From the NCBI GenBank assembly GCA_964016885.1, contig OZ024760.1:19344001-19408000 (forward strand): DNA of 64,000 bases. Reading direction: 5' to 3'. Numbering within the stretch: position 1 is the stretch's first letter; each line of letters opens with the position of its first letter. Below the pieces are notes generated by a model, which worked only from the letters and a program-made list of their open reading frames with translations, made no database searches and was not told the origin of the DNA. The position numbers were made by a program, and so were the translations under genes. Shown here piece after piece: positions 12,714-25,262 of the stretch. This stretch comes from Eledone cirrhosa (Eukaryota).

Positions 12714-12750
12714 CCTTTACCGGTTTCACAGTTCTTATGCTTTTCAAAAG
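12714..12750 (-). ncRNA. Second family F copy with the same UUGAAAA core
   Basis: Reverse complement: CTT TTGAAAA GCA TAAGAAC TGT GAAA CCGG TA AAGG. The host element (12620-12788) is homologous to 11700-11912. Confidence 0.55.
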
Positions 12751-12864
12751 TATAATTGAGATGGGGTCTTTGTGGTTTGTCTCACATCTGGTTTGTGTTC
12801 GAAAGTTCTTTCTGTTTTATGTGGAAAGGGTGGCTCGAATTGCTGGGGTTTTTAAAGAAATAAT

Positions 12865-13050
12865 TGTTTCTACTTTAGGCACAAGGCCAGCAATTACCCA
12901 GTGCATTACTGGTACTTTATTTTATCGACCCCGTAAGGATGAAAGGCAAAGTCAACCTCGGCGGGATTTGAACTCAGATCGTAAAGGGACGTAACTATGC
13001 TGGAAAGCATGACGTCAAACCCTCTACCGATACTGCCAATCCACCGCCCT
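12865..13050 (-). mobile_element. Full-length SINE S1 with an 18-bp target-site duplication
   Basis: GGTTTTTAAAGAAATAAT at 12847-12864 and 13051-13068. A and B boxes and core are present. Confidence 0.9.
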
Positions 13051-13069
13051 GGTTTTTAAAGAAATAATA

Positions 13070-13292
13070 ATCAATGGTTTCTTATATAGGCAAAGTGCCA
13101 GCAGTTTTGGTGGGTAGGCGAAAATCGATTAAATTGATCGCAGTACGTGACTGCTACTTTATTTTATCGACCCCGTAAGGATGATTGGCAAAATTAACCT
13201 TGGTGGCATTTGAACTCAGAACCTAAAGGGCCATAACATCTATGCCACAAAGCATGGCGTCCGACGCTCTACCGATTCTGTCAATAGACCAC
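13070..13292 (-). mobile_element. Older SINE S1 subfamily copy with a longer tail
   Basis: Core reverse complement TACTTTATTTTATCGACCCCGTAAGGATGA and B box reverse complement TTTGAACTC. Confidence 0.8.
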
Positions 13293-13442
13293 CAAGGACA
13301 GTAATAATACTTATAAGACACACATAATATGTAATATATTGTTAATAGTTTAATAATCCCCCGTTGATATTGTGTGAAAGGTCCACTGTGACACATGCTT
13401 TCAATATCATGGAAGTGAATAAATCCTTGTAGGTAGATATGT

Positions 13443-13922
13443 TCTCTCTCTCTCTCTCTCTCTTGCTCCCTCTCTCTCTCTCTCTCTCTCTCCCGCTCCC
13501 TCTCTCCCGCTCCCTCTCTCTCTCTCTCCCGCTCCCTCTCTCTCTCTCTCCCGCTCCCTCTCTCTCTCTTTCTCTCCCGATCCCTCTCTCTCTCTTTCTC
13601 TCCCGATCCCTTCTCGCTCCCTCTCTCTCTCTCCCGCTCCCTCTCTCCCACTCTCTATCCCTCTCCCCCTCTCTCTCTCCCTCTCTCTCTCCCTCTCTCT
13701 CCCTCTCTCTCATATTTTCTTATGCGGATGACAACGTTGAGGGTGTTGCGGTGGTGTGATGTGGTAGTATGGTGATGTAATTGTGTGGTGGTGTAGTGGT
13801 GTGGTGGTGGTGATGTGGTGGTATGGTGATGGGGTGGTGTAGTGGTATGGTGGTGTAGTGGTATGGTGGTGTAGTGGTGTAGTGGTATAGTAGTGTAGTG
13901 GTGTGGTGATGTGGTGGTATTG
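13443..13922. repeat. (CT)n/CCCG compound tract followed by a (TGG/TAG)n tract
   Basis: Seen directly. Confidence 0.9.
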
Positions 13923-14398
13923 TGGAAGTACGATGTGTGACTTTGTTCAACTAAGACATGTTTCCGCTGTAGTCGTGCAGAGAGAGAGAGGGGGAAAGAA
14001 AGAGGGAGACAGAAAGAGAGAGAAAGGAGGAAGAGACTAAACATAATGAATAGGCATTGATGTCAAGGACATTTTTATAAAGTTGGTCTTTTTGTTGGTG
14101 TTGGTGTTGGTGTTGTTTAGCCCAAATCCTATAGTGTGTAAGCACACTTATGAAGAAAAGCAAACTCGTAATTTTTCACCAAGTAACTCACACTTATTTC
14201 CATAAAATAAAATATCTCACTCTACTCTACGCATAGAGATCTATAAGACATATACCACCATGTGTTCCACAGCAACATTCTTTGTTGACTGAATACATAC
14301 GTGTGCCTTTTTCTCTCCCTTTTATTCCCGCATATTCCCCGTTCCTTCTTCTTTTCAGTCTTTTTTATCTTTCTCTTTATCTTCTATTTCTAACTCTA

Positions 14399-14434
14399 TC
14401 TTCTGATGAAGGACTAGTGTCTGAAACGTTAAGA
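14399..14434 (+). ncRNA. Minimal hammerhead ribozyme, family G
   Basis: TCTT CTGATGA AGGAC TAGT GTCT GAAA CG TT AAGA, with an AACGTT palindrome across helix III. Confidence 0.75.
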
Positions 14435-14516
14435 CTCTCTTCCTGCTATTTCAAGCGTTAAACTAATATATTTCTATGATACAGTGTATCGTTTGCTTTG
14501 TTATTTCTGTTTACCC

Positions 14517-14592
<76 letters not shown>

Positions 14593-14793
14593 TATATATA
14601 TATATATATATATGTGAGTTCGTATCTAGCTGTCGAAAGGGCTAGAGCTCAGCCGTCGGGGTCTTGAATCTTTATATATATATGTGTGTGTGTGTGTGTG
14701 TATAAATATGTATGATGCATACATATAGAAATACACATATATGTATGTATAAATATATATGTATACTATACAGTTACATATATATATATACAC

Positions 14794-14824
<31 letters not shown>

Positions 14825-15009
14825 TACATATTCACATGTTATTGGGTCGATGAACATTTATTAAGATGTATATCAAGGTATATCTATAAGTTTATTTGGT
14901 GTTAAGTGTTCACTGTTGCAATATATAGTTATTCGAGAAGGGAGGTAATTCAAACCTCATGAAAGTGAATGTCTAACTAGGATTTCATTATTTCACAATC
15001 AGTAAAGCA

Positions 15010-15793
15010 GGGTCAGACGCCGTGCTTTGCAGCAAAGAGTTGCGGTCTAAGTTCAAATCCCGCCGAGGTTAACTTTACCTTTCATCCTTACGGGGTCGAT
15101 AAAATAAAGTACCAGTAATGTACTGGGTAATTGCTGGCCTTGTGCCAAAAGTAGAAACAATTATTTCACAATCAGTATATTTCCAGTGTTTACATGGAGG
15201 CAGCTATCATTTTAATGAAGAAACGATGTTTTTATAAGGAAAATGAAATGGAACTGTTGGTTTTATTTTTAAGGGCGGTGGATTGGCAGTAACGGTAGAG
15301 AGTCGGACACCATGCTTTACAGCATAGAGTTACGGTCCTTTACTGTCTGAGTTCAAATCCCGCCCAGGTTAACTTTACCTTTCATCCTTACGGGGTCGAT
15401 AAAATAAAGTACCAGTAATGTACTGGGTAATTGCTGGCCTTGTGCCAAAAGTAGAAACAATTATTTCACAATCAGTATATTTCCAGTGTTTACATGGAGG
15501 CAGCTATCATTTTAATGAAGAAACGATGTTTTTATAAGGAAAATGAAATGGAACTGTTGGTTTTATTTTTAAGGGCGGTGGATTGGCAGTAACGGTAGAG
15601 AGTCGGACACCATGCTTTACAGCATAGAGTTACGGTCCTTTACTGTCTGAGTTCAAATCCCGCCCAGGTTAACTTTGCCTTTCATCCTTACGGAGTTGAT
15701 AAAATAAAGTACCAGTAACGTACTGGAGTTGATTTAATCGATTTTCCTCTCCCACCAAATTACTGGTCTTGTGCCTATATAAGAAACCATTAT
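15010..15793 (+). repeat. Three SINE S1 copies within a near-perfect 300-bp tandem duplication
   Basis: Lines 15121-15360 recur identically at 15421-15660. Confidence 0.9.
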
Positions 15794-16227
15794 CATTTCA
15801 AGGAAATATTTGGTTGTCAATCGACTGGTTTATGCCAGGAGTTTTCTCTCACACACACATACACACACACATATCGACCATATAAGAGGCAAAAATCCCT
15901 TTAATCGGGGCCAATAGAATAAAGTACCAGTAAAGTACTTGGGTTTATATAATCGACTCTCCCTTCCCACAAATTGCTGGCCTTGTGTCTAGATTAGAAA
16001 TCATTATATGCTAATCACTGAGGCAAACGCATGCGCAGACAGGTAAACATACTGAAGAAACACAAAATGGAGTAAACAAGACAAGAAAGAAGAGGAGACG
16101 CAGAGAAGAAGAACATTGAGGGGTTCACAGAATATTTTACTAAAAAACTTTGAGGAACTAATAACAAATAATCAAATAGTGAGTGTGTTTTTATTGGCAA
16201 TATTAGCAACATAACCATTCTCAAATA

Positions 16228-16422
16228 CAGACCTGTCAACGCTCCCCGTCCAACGGAGAGATCTCCCACCCATTTTAGAGTGGGCGAGAGATGTCTTCTC
16301 TTGTAAAAATGGGTATAGTCTTCATTATGTAAAATCTCCCCATTTTGCCTCATTTCTCCTCGTTTTGGGGGCACTTTTTTTCATAGTAATCCCCGTTTGG
16401 GTTTTAGAGGTTGGCAGATCTG
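16228..16422. mobile_element. Probable MITE with 13-bp TIRs CAGA(C/T)CTG(T/C)CAAC
   Basis: 5' CAGACCTGTCAAC, 3' GTTGGCAGATCTG. An inverted homolog including flank lies at ~35815-36150, and another terminus at 35748. No TSD seen. Confidence 0.55.
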
Positions 16423-17783
16423 GGTTCTGTTATACATAAAATTCAGTAAACATTAAAATATTTGTAGCCATTGCATTTTTGGTATTTTGTTAATTTTTTT
16501 TTTTTAAAGACTCTAACTAGGTTATGATTTGAGGGAGATTTAGGTACTAATTTTAGCAAGTCAACTGATCACGTAGACGAGATTATTTGATGTAAATCTT
16601 TCGTGAAGAGAAAGAAGGGAAAAACACTGCTGTAATTAATATTCCGTCAACATTAAAAAAGTTTGCAGCCATCGCATATTTTGTGTTATTCGTAAAACAT
16701 GTGTGACCTAAAAACACACACAAAAACTTCAACTGACTATGAACATTTAAAGTTTTACTTATCTAAAGGTTAGGTCAATAGATTTTTCATATGATGGAAC
16801 ACAGGTCTGACAGCACCCTTTCAAGTCGTAACTATGGCACTTTGATAAGAAACGGTGGGTCCTGGTTTATGCCAGGAGATTTCTCTCATAAATTTTAATG
16901 CTTTAAAATTATTTGCGAAAAAATATTTTAAAAAAGGTTTTATATTTTTATTCATGTTGCATTATATAACCATTTATTTCGTGTTTCATTTAAATAGTGT
17001 AATTGTTTGTAATCCAGGCTCTTCTTAGAGGAATTTTACGCTGCAGATCAAGACTGTTTTCGGACAGAGAGAGAAGAGTGAGGCTCTTCGTAAAATTCAA
17101 GAAGGAAGGAGAAGGGTTTTGTGAGTGGAAGGACGGGCAGGTTGTTTTATATTCAGGGATACCTGGCTTGGTTTTTCGGGTTCGGGGTCGATGTTTCAGC
17201 TAACCCCCTCTTTTATCGGTCCTCTTTGTAACCCTTTTAAATTTATTTATTGTGCATATTAGGGCTGACGTTTTTAGTACTTCATTCTCTATCTTTAGAT
17301 CAATTTTGCAACGTTTTGGTCTCTCTATCTCTATATATATAGTAATAATAATAAATTTGAAGACTAAAATCCAAAGAGGGCTCGATAAGGATAAATATAT
17401 ATCAAATATATAAGAACCGTAGAGCAAATATTTATTAAAATAATAGATTAAAGTTTAACCACCTAAGAGAACATTAGTCAACTACTTCTTTTATACCATA
17501 AACGTGGTCCTGTCTTTGCGTGTAATTGTTTTTCACCGCTCCTATTAATGACGTATCGTCTTCCTGTCTTCCTCTGGTTGCAACGTTTTTTGAAATATCC
17601 ACTTCTGCGTTTACAGATTGACTTTGTTAGTTTCAGAAGATCCCGTTAAGGGTGAAAGCAGCGATTCTTTGCTTAAACTTTAATCTGTTATTTTAATAAA
17701 TATATATATATATATAGGCATAGATACAAAGATATATATAATATATATAAAGATAGTTAGATATATATATATATATTATATAG

Positions 17784-17834
17784 GGCTTCCTGATGATTTC
17801 TCCCGAATGAAACAGTTCTAGTCCTGTAGAAGCC
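17784..17834 (+). ncRNA. Hammerhead ribozyme, family C
   Basis: GGCTTC CTGATGA TTTC TCCC GAAT GAAA CAG TTCTAGTC CTG TA GAAGCC. Helix I has 6 bp, helix III is CAG/CTG, and the cleavage triplet is GUA. Confidence 0.85.
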
Positions 17835-17916
17835 TTTTCTATATTAAATATGTATACCCTGCTTTGTATTGAGTACCTTACTTACTGTGGTTACTCCTGA
17901 TTGAACCCGGGATAAG

Positions 17917-17954
<38 letters not shown>

Positions 17955-18104
17955 CTTCATTGTGCTATGGCGTTTGGTTTGGTTTGGTATTTCTGTTTTT
18001 ATTTCACATATATATTCCTATGTGACCCTGTGATAAATAGGCGAAACTCCAGAGTAATAAGACTTACTTTTTAGCCTCAATATAAATTAAATATATATAT
18101 ATTT

Positions 18105-18622
18105 ACGGTCTGAGTTCAAATCCCACCAAGGTTAACTTTGCCTTTCATCCTTACGGGGTCGATAAAATAAAGTACCAGTAACGTACTAGGGTTGATTTAA
18201 TCGACTTTCCCCGCCCCTAAAATTGTTCGCTTTGTGCCTTAATCAGAAATCATTATCCTATAAATTGACATTAATGCTTTCTAGCACAGTTACGTCCCTT
18301 TACGGACTGAGTTCAAATCCCGCCGAGGTTAACTTTGCCTTTCATCCTTACTGGGTCGATAAAATAAAGTACCAGTAACGTACTAGGGTTGATTTAATCG
18401 ACTTTCCCCGCCCCTAAAATTGTTCGCTTTGTGCCTTAATCAGAAATCATTATCCTATAAATTGACATTAATGCTTTCTAGCACAGTTACGTCCCTTTAC
18501 GGACTGAGTTCAAATCCCGCCGAGGTTAACTTTGCCTTTCATGCTTACGGGGTCGATAAAATAAAGTACCAGTAATACACTGGAATAATTGCTGGCCTTG
18601 TGCCAAAAAGTTGAAACAATTA
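18105..18622 (+). repeat. Three 5'-truncated SINE S1 copies in a ~198-bp tandem duplication
   Basis: Repeated GAGTTCAAATCCC..core..CCGCCCCTAAAATTGTTCGCTTTGTGCC..AATTGACATTAATGC. Confidence 0.85.
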
Positions 18623-19223
18623 TTCTATAAATACACTCGCGCTTCAACTCGAATTTCGAGACAACGCTTTGTTTAATATTTATTTATTTACAATCAACAT
18701 TGACAAATATAATTCTCCTTTAGGACACAAAATACACAAATTTATGCTCATTGCTGCACACATCGCAGCAACATGTGATCATCTGGTTTAAATGTGGTTA
18801 ATGCTTGCATCCTTACAGCTGCATCTGTCATGATAATGTCAATTTGAAACCTGCAGCTATATAAACAACAGCGATTAATGCAGGAGATAAACAAGAGAGA
18901 GAGAGAAAGGACGATAGCGAGAGAGAACGAGGGAGAGAATGAGAAAGAGAGAACGAGAAAGAGAAAACAAGATGTCCTCCCAAGCAACATTAAAATTACA
19001 AAACACTGGGAGAGGCCAAACGTTTGTTTATATAATCCCAATAATTTCAAACTTGGTTGATTTCTTTTTAATATCACTCAAATAAATTTTTTATGCCTCG
19101 TATTCTTTACTAATTTGAACTTAAATCTCCACATGAGGTCTTTTCTCTCCGTCTCTGTGTCTCAGCCTCTCCCTCTCTCCTTCTGGCTCTCTCACTCTGT
19201 TTATCTATTTATCTATCTCTTGG

Positions 19224-19885
19224 GCAACGAGGAAACCGTTGCACACACATTGGTACACTGCTCGGGCATTGCCGATCTGTGGGGCTATGTCGAACAACTG
19301 CTGTCAAGGGTTAGACCGATCCCGTTGACCACCGAGTCTATTGTAACGATCAAGCCGCCTCCCCTCTTCAAAAACGAAGGAGAGGCGGTGTTTCTGTGCG
19401 TAATAGCCATGGCGAAAGAGGTTGTATGGTGGACGCGTCTGAAAGGACTGAGGTCAGACACCTTTCTCTCTGGCCAACAACTGGTCCGTTTCTTCCGATA
19501 TCATTTCGGAAGAAGGATCAGGATGGAGAGAGAGGTGCTGCACCCCAGCCGTTTTTATGAAAGATGGGTGAAAGTGGCGAGAATTGCCCGTGTGAATGGG
19601 CCTTCACTCTACATCAGACTATAGGTGAGGAAAATGAAAGATCAAGGGAGCACCCCCTCTCTGTGCTCCTGAGGAGAAGGGTTGCACACTTTTTTTTCGG
19701 GGGTGTGTGCGACCCCTCAAGGCGCCTCCTCCCTATTGAGGATTTTGTTATAAAATTTATTTTGTTATATTTTATTTTTATATTTTGTTATTGCCTCCTC
19801 CTTATTGAGGACGCCTTGTTATGTAAACTCCCCCACTGTACTTGTCCCACTTTTTGATGCCCTGGTGGCAAATAAAAAGAAAATT
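19224..19885 (+). mobile_element. 3' end of an L1/Tx1-like LINE: ORF2 C-terminus plus 3' UTR
   Basis: EETVAHTLVHC..LW (zinc-finger tail), F..RW near the C-terminus, stop at 19624, AATAAA at ~19871. Confidence 0.75.
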
Positions 19886-20223
19886 ATCTATCTCTTATTG
19901 TTTCATTCTCTCTTTTCCTTCTCCAATCTATCTCTTATTGTTTCGTTCTCTCTTTTCCTTCTCCAATCTATCTCTCTTTCTTTCAACCTCTTTCTCTCCC
20001 CCAATTTCTCTATCTATGTATCTCTAATTCTGTATCTTCGATCTCTCTTTCAATCTCTCTATCTCTTTCAATCTCACTCTTTCTCTTTCACTCTCTCTCT
20101 CTAGCTATCTATCTCTCTCGCTATCTATCTCTTTCTCTCTCGCTATCTATCCCTTTCTTTCTAACTATATATCCCTTTCTCTCTAACTATCTACCCCTTT
20201 CTCCCTCTCTATCTCTCTCGCTA

Positions 20224-20272
<49 letters not shown>

Positions 20273-20670
20273 ATTTAGGATTACTTTTCAGTTATTTTAT
20301 GGACAATCCGTTAGCTGATATTGTAGTATAAGGAAGCAATGACAGTTCACTCATTAGTAACTAGTTAACTGAAACTAACTACCAAGTAATATAATGACTT
20401 CACTGAAAAGGATTTTAATAAAGAAAAAAATATTAATACTTTGTTTTCTTTTCAATAATTCGTATTTCATACATTTCAGATGTGAACAGCAATGGGTGTA
20501 AAATATGTGATCATTGGAACATCTGTAAGCTGTATAAGCCCAATCTAACGAATTGTATGTGATTATGGTGGGAGGAATGAAGCCTAAATAAATATTTATT
20601 CTACGCTAAACACGACGGAATTGGTAAGTCACTGTTAACATTTTTAACACGAGGAGCACTAAAAAATTAA

Positions 20671-20705
<35 letters not shown>

Positions 20706-21012
20706 TGTGAGCTTCAGATTACGATTGCGCAAAGGTTTTACAATATTTAATGCAGAGTATTGAGGGTATGATATAACCTGTAGATTCGGCTAAAGAAATG
20801 TCAAACATACGAATGATGGAAGAATTCACTCAAATCCTACATTTATCAGAACCTGTGGTTATATGGACATATAGGCAAAGGTAGTTAGTCAAATACCAAA
20901 CTATGAGTGTAGTACATTTGATCCTAGACCTGGTGAATCCAGGCTTCTTTTTGTGTCTACGAGAGTTACAAAGCTTGGCTAGATGTGGTTCCGCCACATC
21001 TGAACACATATT

Positions 21013-21054
<42 letters not shown>

Positions 21055-21092
21055 AAAGAAGAAATTAAAAGATGGTTAAAAAAGTTCCATGT

Positions 21093-21161
21093 ATTTTATT
21101 ATGCGCATTTCAAAAACAAATATCATCCAGGGACGATATTTGCGTTCTCATCCGATAAAAT
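21093..21161 (-). ncRNA. Hammerhead, family A, with variant core CGGAUGA
   Basis: Reverse complement: ATTTTAT CGGATGA ... GAAA TGCGCA TA ATAAAAT. Confidence 0.65.
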
Positions 21162-21240
21162 AGGGAGACATGATATGAAGCTTAAAAAAGACACTTGTTA
21201 GCAAGGTAGTGTCTAAACAATATATATATATATATATATA

Positions 21241-21418
21241 TCTTATTATGTCCACAGGAGTGTCAGTTTCAAAGCTTGGCTAAATGTGGTTCCGCCACAG
21301 CTAAACATATTGCTGTCCTTTCTCATTAAACTCTGCCAAGTCCAATACTGTGCAGGGGTGTTCCAGCCGGGGGCATATCAGGAGATGTTACATAGTCTGT
21401 GGTTCGATGCCGCAGTCC
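21241..21418 (-). mobile_element. 3' tail of an Ingi/Vingi-like LINE (short extra copy ~20950-21010)
   Basis: Homologous to 40040-40250 and 40777-41095. Confidence 0.6.
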
Positions 21419-21975
21419 AAACCGACCTAGGTTAAACACCAATGCTAATTTCAACAGACGTAATAACACAATGTATTTTATAATACCTGCTTTAATTATT
21501 TCAATATTGTTCACGTTTGTTTAGAAACATAACAAACTTTATTTAAATAAATATATTTGAAATAATTTATATTTAATGTATATTTATTATACGAATGTAT
21601 CATAAAACAAAAATTAATTAATTGTAAATATACTGTTGAAACCTCATTGTTAACAAGGCTTTTGAAATTTAATATTTGTAGCCACTTTATGGAGAATATC
21701 TTTACACAATCCTATAACAATAGCTTCAGGAGAAAACCTAAAATAAATAAAGTAATTTTATTTCATACATTGTTCTTAATTCCTCATAAAATCTTGTTAA
21801 TTCCATTCTCAGACAGATATGGTGTTGTTAATTTTAATTTCAAATATCATGAAATAAATATAGAAAACATAAAAGACTTGTTGTAAGTATAAATTTTAAA
21901 GTAGAATAGAAATTTCGCCGTGGGAATTTTGTTATTCTTTTAGTACACAGAGAAATGTTGCAATAGACACACTCC

Positions 21976-22008
<33 letters not shown>

Positions 22009-22109
22009 GTCTCTCTCTCTCTCATATACCGACAGTCGATTGACAAGATCCCAGACATCATGAGTTTAATGAGTGGGCTGGATCTCGTCAAATAGGACTG
22101 AGGGAACGT

Positions 22110-22264
22110 GTCCCTTGGTCTTTCTAATTGCTAATACTATCTGTCGGTTACAAATCCAGGCATGAGCGACGTGAAATAAAGTGTCTTGCTCAAGGACATA
22201 ACGCATCGCCCGGTCCCGGAATCGAAATCACAACCTCACGATTTCGAATCCAATTCTCTAACCT

Positions 22265-22265
<1 letters not shown>
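22110..22265 (-). mobile_element. tRNA-derived SINE family S2 with a CORE-like domain
   Basis: Reverse complement contains GATTTCGATTCC and TGTCCTTGAGCAAGACACTTTATTTCAC. Homologous to 44383. Confidence 0.75.
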
Positions 22266-22345
<80 letters not shown>

Positions 22346-22454
22346 AGTGGTAACACAACAGTTAGTTCACCATACCTTTCTCTCTCTATATATATATAGG
22401 AGTACAAGTTACAAATGGTATTAGGTTCACGCTTAGTGAGAGTGAAGGGTATGG

Positions 22455-22490
22455 GTGCGACGTTTAGGGCATAAACCCTTCATCAGGAGA
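22455..22490 (-). ncRNA. Decayed minimal hammerhead, family H
   Basis: Reverse complement: CTGATGA AGGG TTTATG CCC TAAA CG TC. GAAA has become TAAA and helix I pairs poorly. Confidence 0.45.
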
Positions 22491-22697
22491 GTGGGGGAAG
22501 GTACTCCATGAGGGGGGGGGTGACATGCAAATTGGTATTTACAACATACGTTTTTTAAAATCATTGTGTGTGTGGAAAACAGCAATCCTAGGGAATATCT
22601 AATTGTCTGGATCGTTATAATTATTATCATACAGGGTCGATAAAATAAAGTACCAGTAATGCACTGGGATAATTGCTGGCCTTGTGCCAAAAGTAGA

Positions 22698-22736
<39 letters not shown>

Positions 22737-22795
22737 GTTTCTGTCTCTGATTTTTCGGACCCATGGGTTTTTACATATTCCTTTGTTATATTCCA

Positions 22796-22853
22796 ATACC
22801 TGATGATATCACCGGATTCATATGGAACCCGGTCATTGAAATGATCATAGTAT
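22796..22853 (+). ncRNA. Hammerhead ribozyme, family D
   Basis: ATAC CTGATGA TATCACCGG..CCGGTCATT GAAA TGATCA TA GTAT, followed by AATAAA. Confidence 0.8.
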
Positions 22854-23699
22854 AATAAACCTTTCAAGGATTTACACCAGTCCAGCCTCCTGTTATTTTA
22901 TTTTATGTATATATATATGTGTGTGTATATATGCTGACATTATAAATAGTTACAATATAATCACCATAGTTCCATAGTTAGTGTTTTTTTTAATGTTTTA
23001 ATGCATAGCTACATCACGATTACCATACTTACTAGTACCAAGCAACACCGTAGTTAGTGTTATAATACAGATAGGTTCAGCCTTATAGTCACTATATTTA
23101 ACTAAACTTTTCTTCACAGCCGAAAGTAAAAATGCATGAAGAAAAAGTTCACTTTATATACTTAATTTTTTTTTCCATGTATTATCAGTTTTTTTTCTTT
23201 TTTCTTTTGTCATCGTGAACTTTTGACGTTTTTGTAAATGTTAGGCGTCTAATAAAAACAAAAGACATTTAGAATGAAACACAGTTATTTTTTAAACTGT
23301 GTAGATGGCCTATATATCGGAAGACTGCCTCTACGAAGTGAAAATTGGTATAATAATAATAATAATAATAATAAAAAGACAATAAATTTTGCTTAAGTTA
23401 ACATTTTTTTAGTTTAAAATATAAAAAATTAAGCCGGAATTTACGTCAAGTCATCACAAGTGATTCGAAACTCCGTCTTAGTCGACTGAACTTCATTATA
23501 ATTAACACTAATTAGGACGGATATTTGCGTATGATAGAGTCAGTCAGTCAGTTAGTCACCGCAGAGAGTAAGGGTTAATATATGTTTAATAAGATGCACA
23601 TCATGTGCAGTGAATGTAAAATGTCGTGTTTATCAAACTTTAACTTTTCAACAGTGCTTGAAGCATATTTTAAAGATTTCTTCGTTTTTATGTTGTGTT

Positions 23700-23775
<76 letters not shown>

Positions 23776-23829
23776 AATTAATAAAAACAATGAATAAAAA
23801 CAAAGAAACAGTTCCTTATATTAAAAAAT

Positions 23830-23965
23830 TCATCATTTTACGATCGTTTCTAGGATATATATGTGTGTGTTGGTATGTATATCATATAGATCTATGTAAA
23901 GGTTTTACAAACTATCAGAGGGAATATACATACCTACACATATATATGCTGTCTTCAGAAATAAT
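23830..23965 (-). ncRNA. Hammerhead ribozyme, family E (long helix II)
   Basis: Reverse-complement homolog of 5113-5250, with core CTGAAGA at 23952-23958. Confidence 0.7.
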
Positions 23966-25014
23966 TGTTTCTACTTTAGGCACAAGGCCAGCAAATACCC
24001 AGTGCATTATTGGTACTTTATATGCTGTATGCTGTCTTTAGAAATAATGATATTTGTTTATTGAAAAAAACCAACAAAGATTTAATATAATAGGTCTGTT
24101 TGTGAACAGGTTTTGAATTGACCAATAGAAAAGTAGTAAGTGGTCAAGTTGATAGAATAGTAGTAGTAGAAATTTAATTTAGGGGTAGAGGAATGCAGAC
24201 TTCAGTTTTGAATGGAAAGAGTATTTTGAATGAAAAGATTACTTTGGGGGTGAAAATAGGTCAAGCCGGTGAAAGGTACACGAAAATTTTATGTTATTAA
24301 AGAATAATGCTAATGTTAAAATCTAAGGAGAATAAAATTTTACGATAAATGTGTTAGTGAAAAATAGCAATCTTATTTAAAACATAAGGAATTTAGATCT
24401 ATAAAAAGAAATTAAATTAATTTAATTGATAGGTATATTTATAGGGATAAATTTATATTAATTCATATAGATATGAAAATAAGAGTTAGATGTTATTAAA
24501 GAATGTTGTTAAAAACGGGGGGGGGGTGTATTAGTGAGAAATAACAAACTTATATAGATTACAAGGAATTTAGATTCATAACAGGAAATTAAAAAGTTTA
24601 TATGTATACTTATTGGTATAAATTTTAGGAAAAGATAGCTGTAAAAGGGAAATAAAATTATGCAGTTCTTAGTAGTAGAATATTAATTATAGGTTAACTA
24701 ATTTTAAAAAATTAATTATAATAATTTGTAAAATATAAGTGCATATTAATTAGGTTTATAATATTAGAAAGTTTTTCTAATTCTATGATTTCATGATATA
24801 ATTAATTCTTGTCGCTTATTTAATATATATATATATATATATATATATTTAATATTAGAGAGGAAATACAAAAATGTGGAATATATAATGACTACTTGAG
24901 CAGGATCTAACTTAAGAATCTTTTAAAATTAGAAACAAATTTAATTCTCACGAGGATTTGCTGAATATTCACGGGTCCCATACTGTTGTGAGTTCAAATT
25001 TTAAGAAACTTCTT

Positions 25015-25262
25015 CTTTGCCCACTTATTCCTGAGAAGGTCGTGGGGGAAGAGTCAACAAACACACCTTCCAGCATGTCCTGTCAGAAGCAAGAATCTCT
25101 ACTTGATCCGGTTGGATCCCCAAGCGTGACCTGGCAAACTCATGGATGTTATCCAACCATCTTGCTCGGGGTCTACCTCTGGGTCTCCTGCCGGTTGATT
25201 TTGCCCGTAACAACTGTCCACCGATTCTTTCCTGAGACATTCAAACCGCATTCCTATAGTAT
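25015..25262 (-). mobile_element. RTE-clade LINE 3' fragment
   Basis: GRRPRGRPRARWLD ... ASDRTCWK, the typical RTE ORF C-terminus. Confidence 0.8.

Noticed and set aside
24060-24820. AT-rich strand-skewed stretch resembling a mitochondrial insertion
   Set aside because: No recognisable mitochondrial gene, and its first part is the reverse complement of 4865-5110 and continuous with the family E element.
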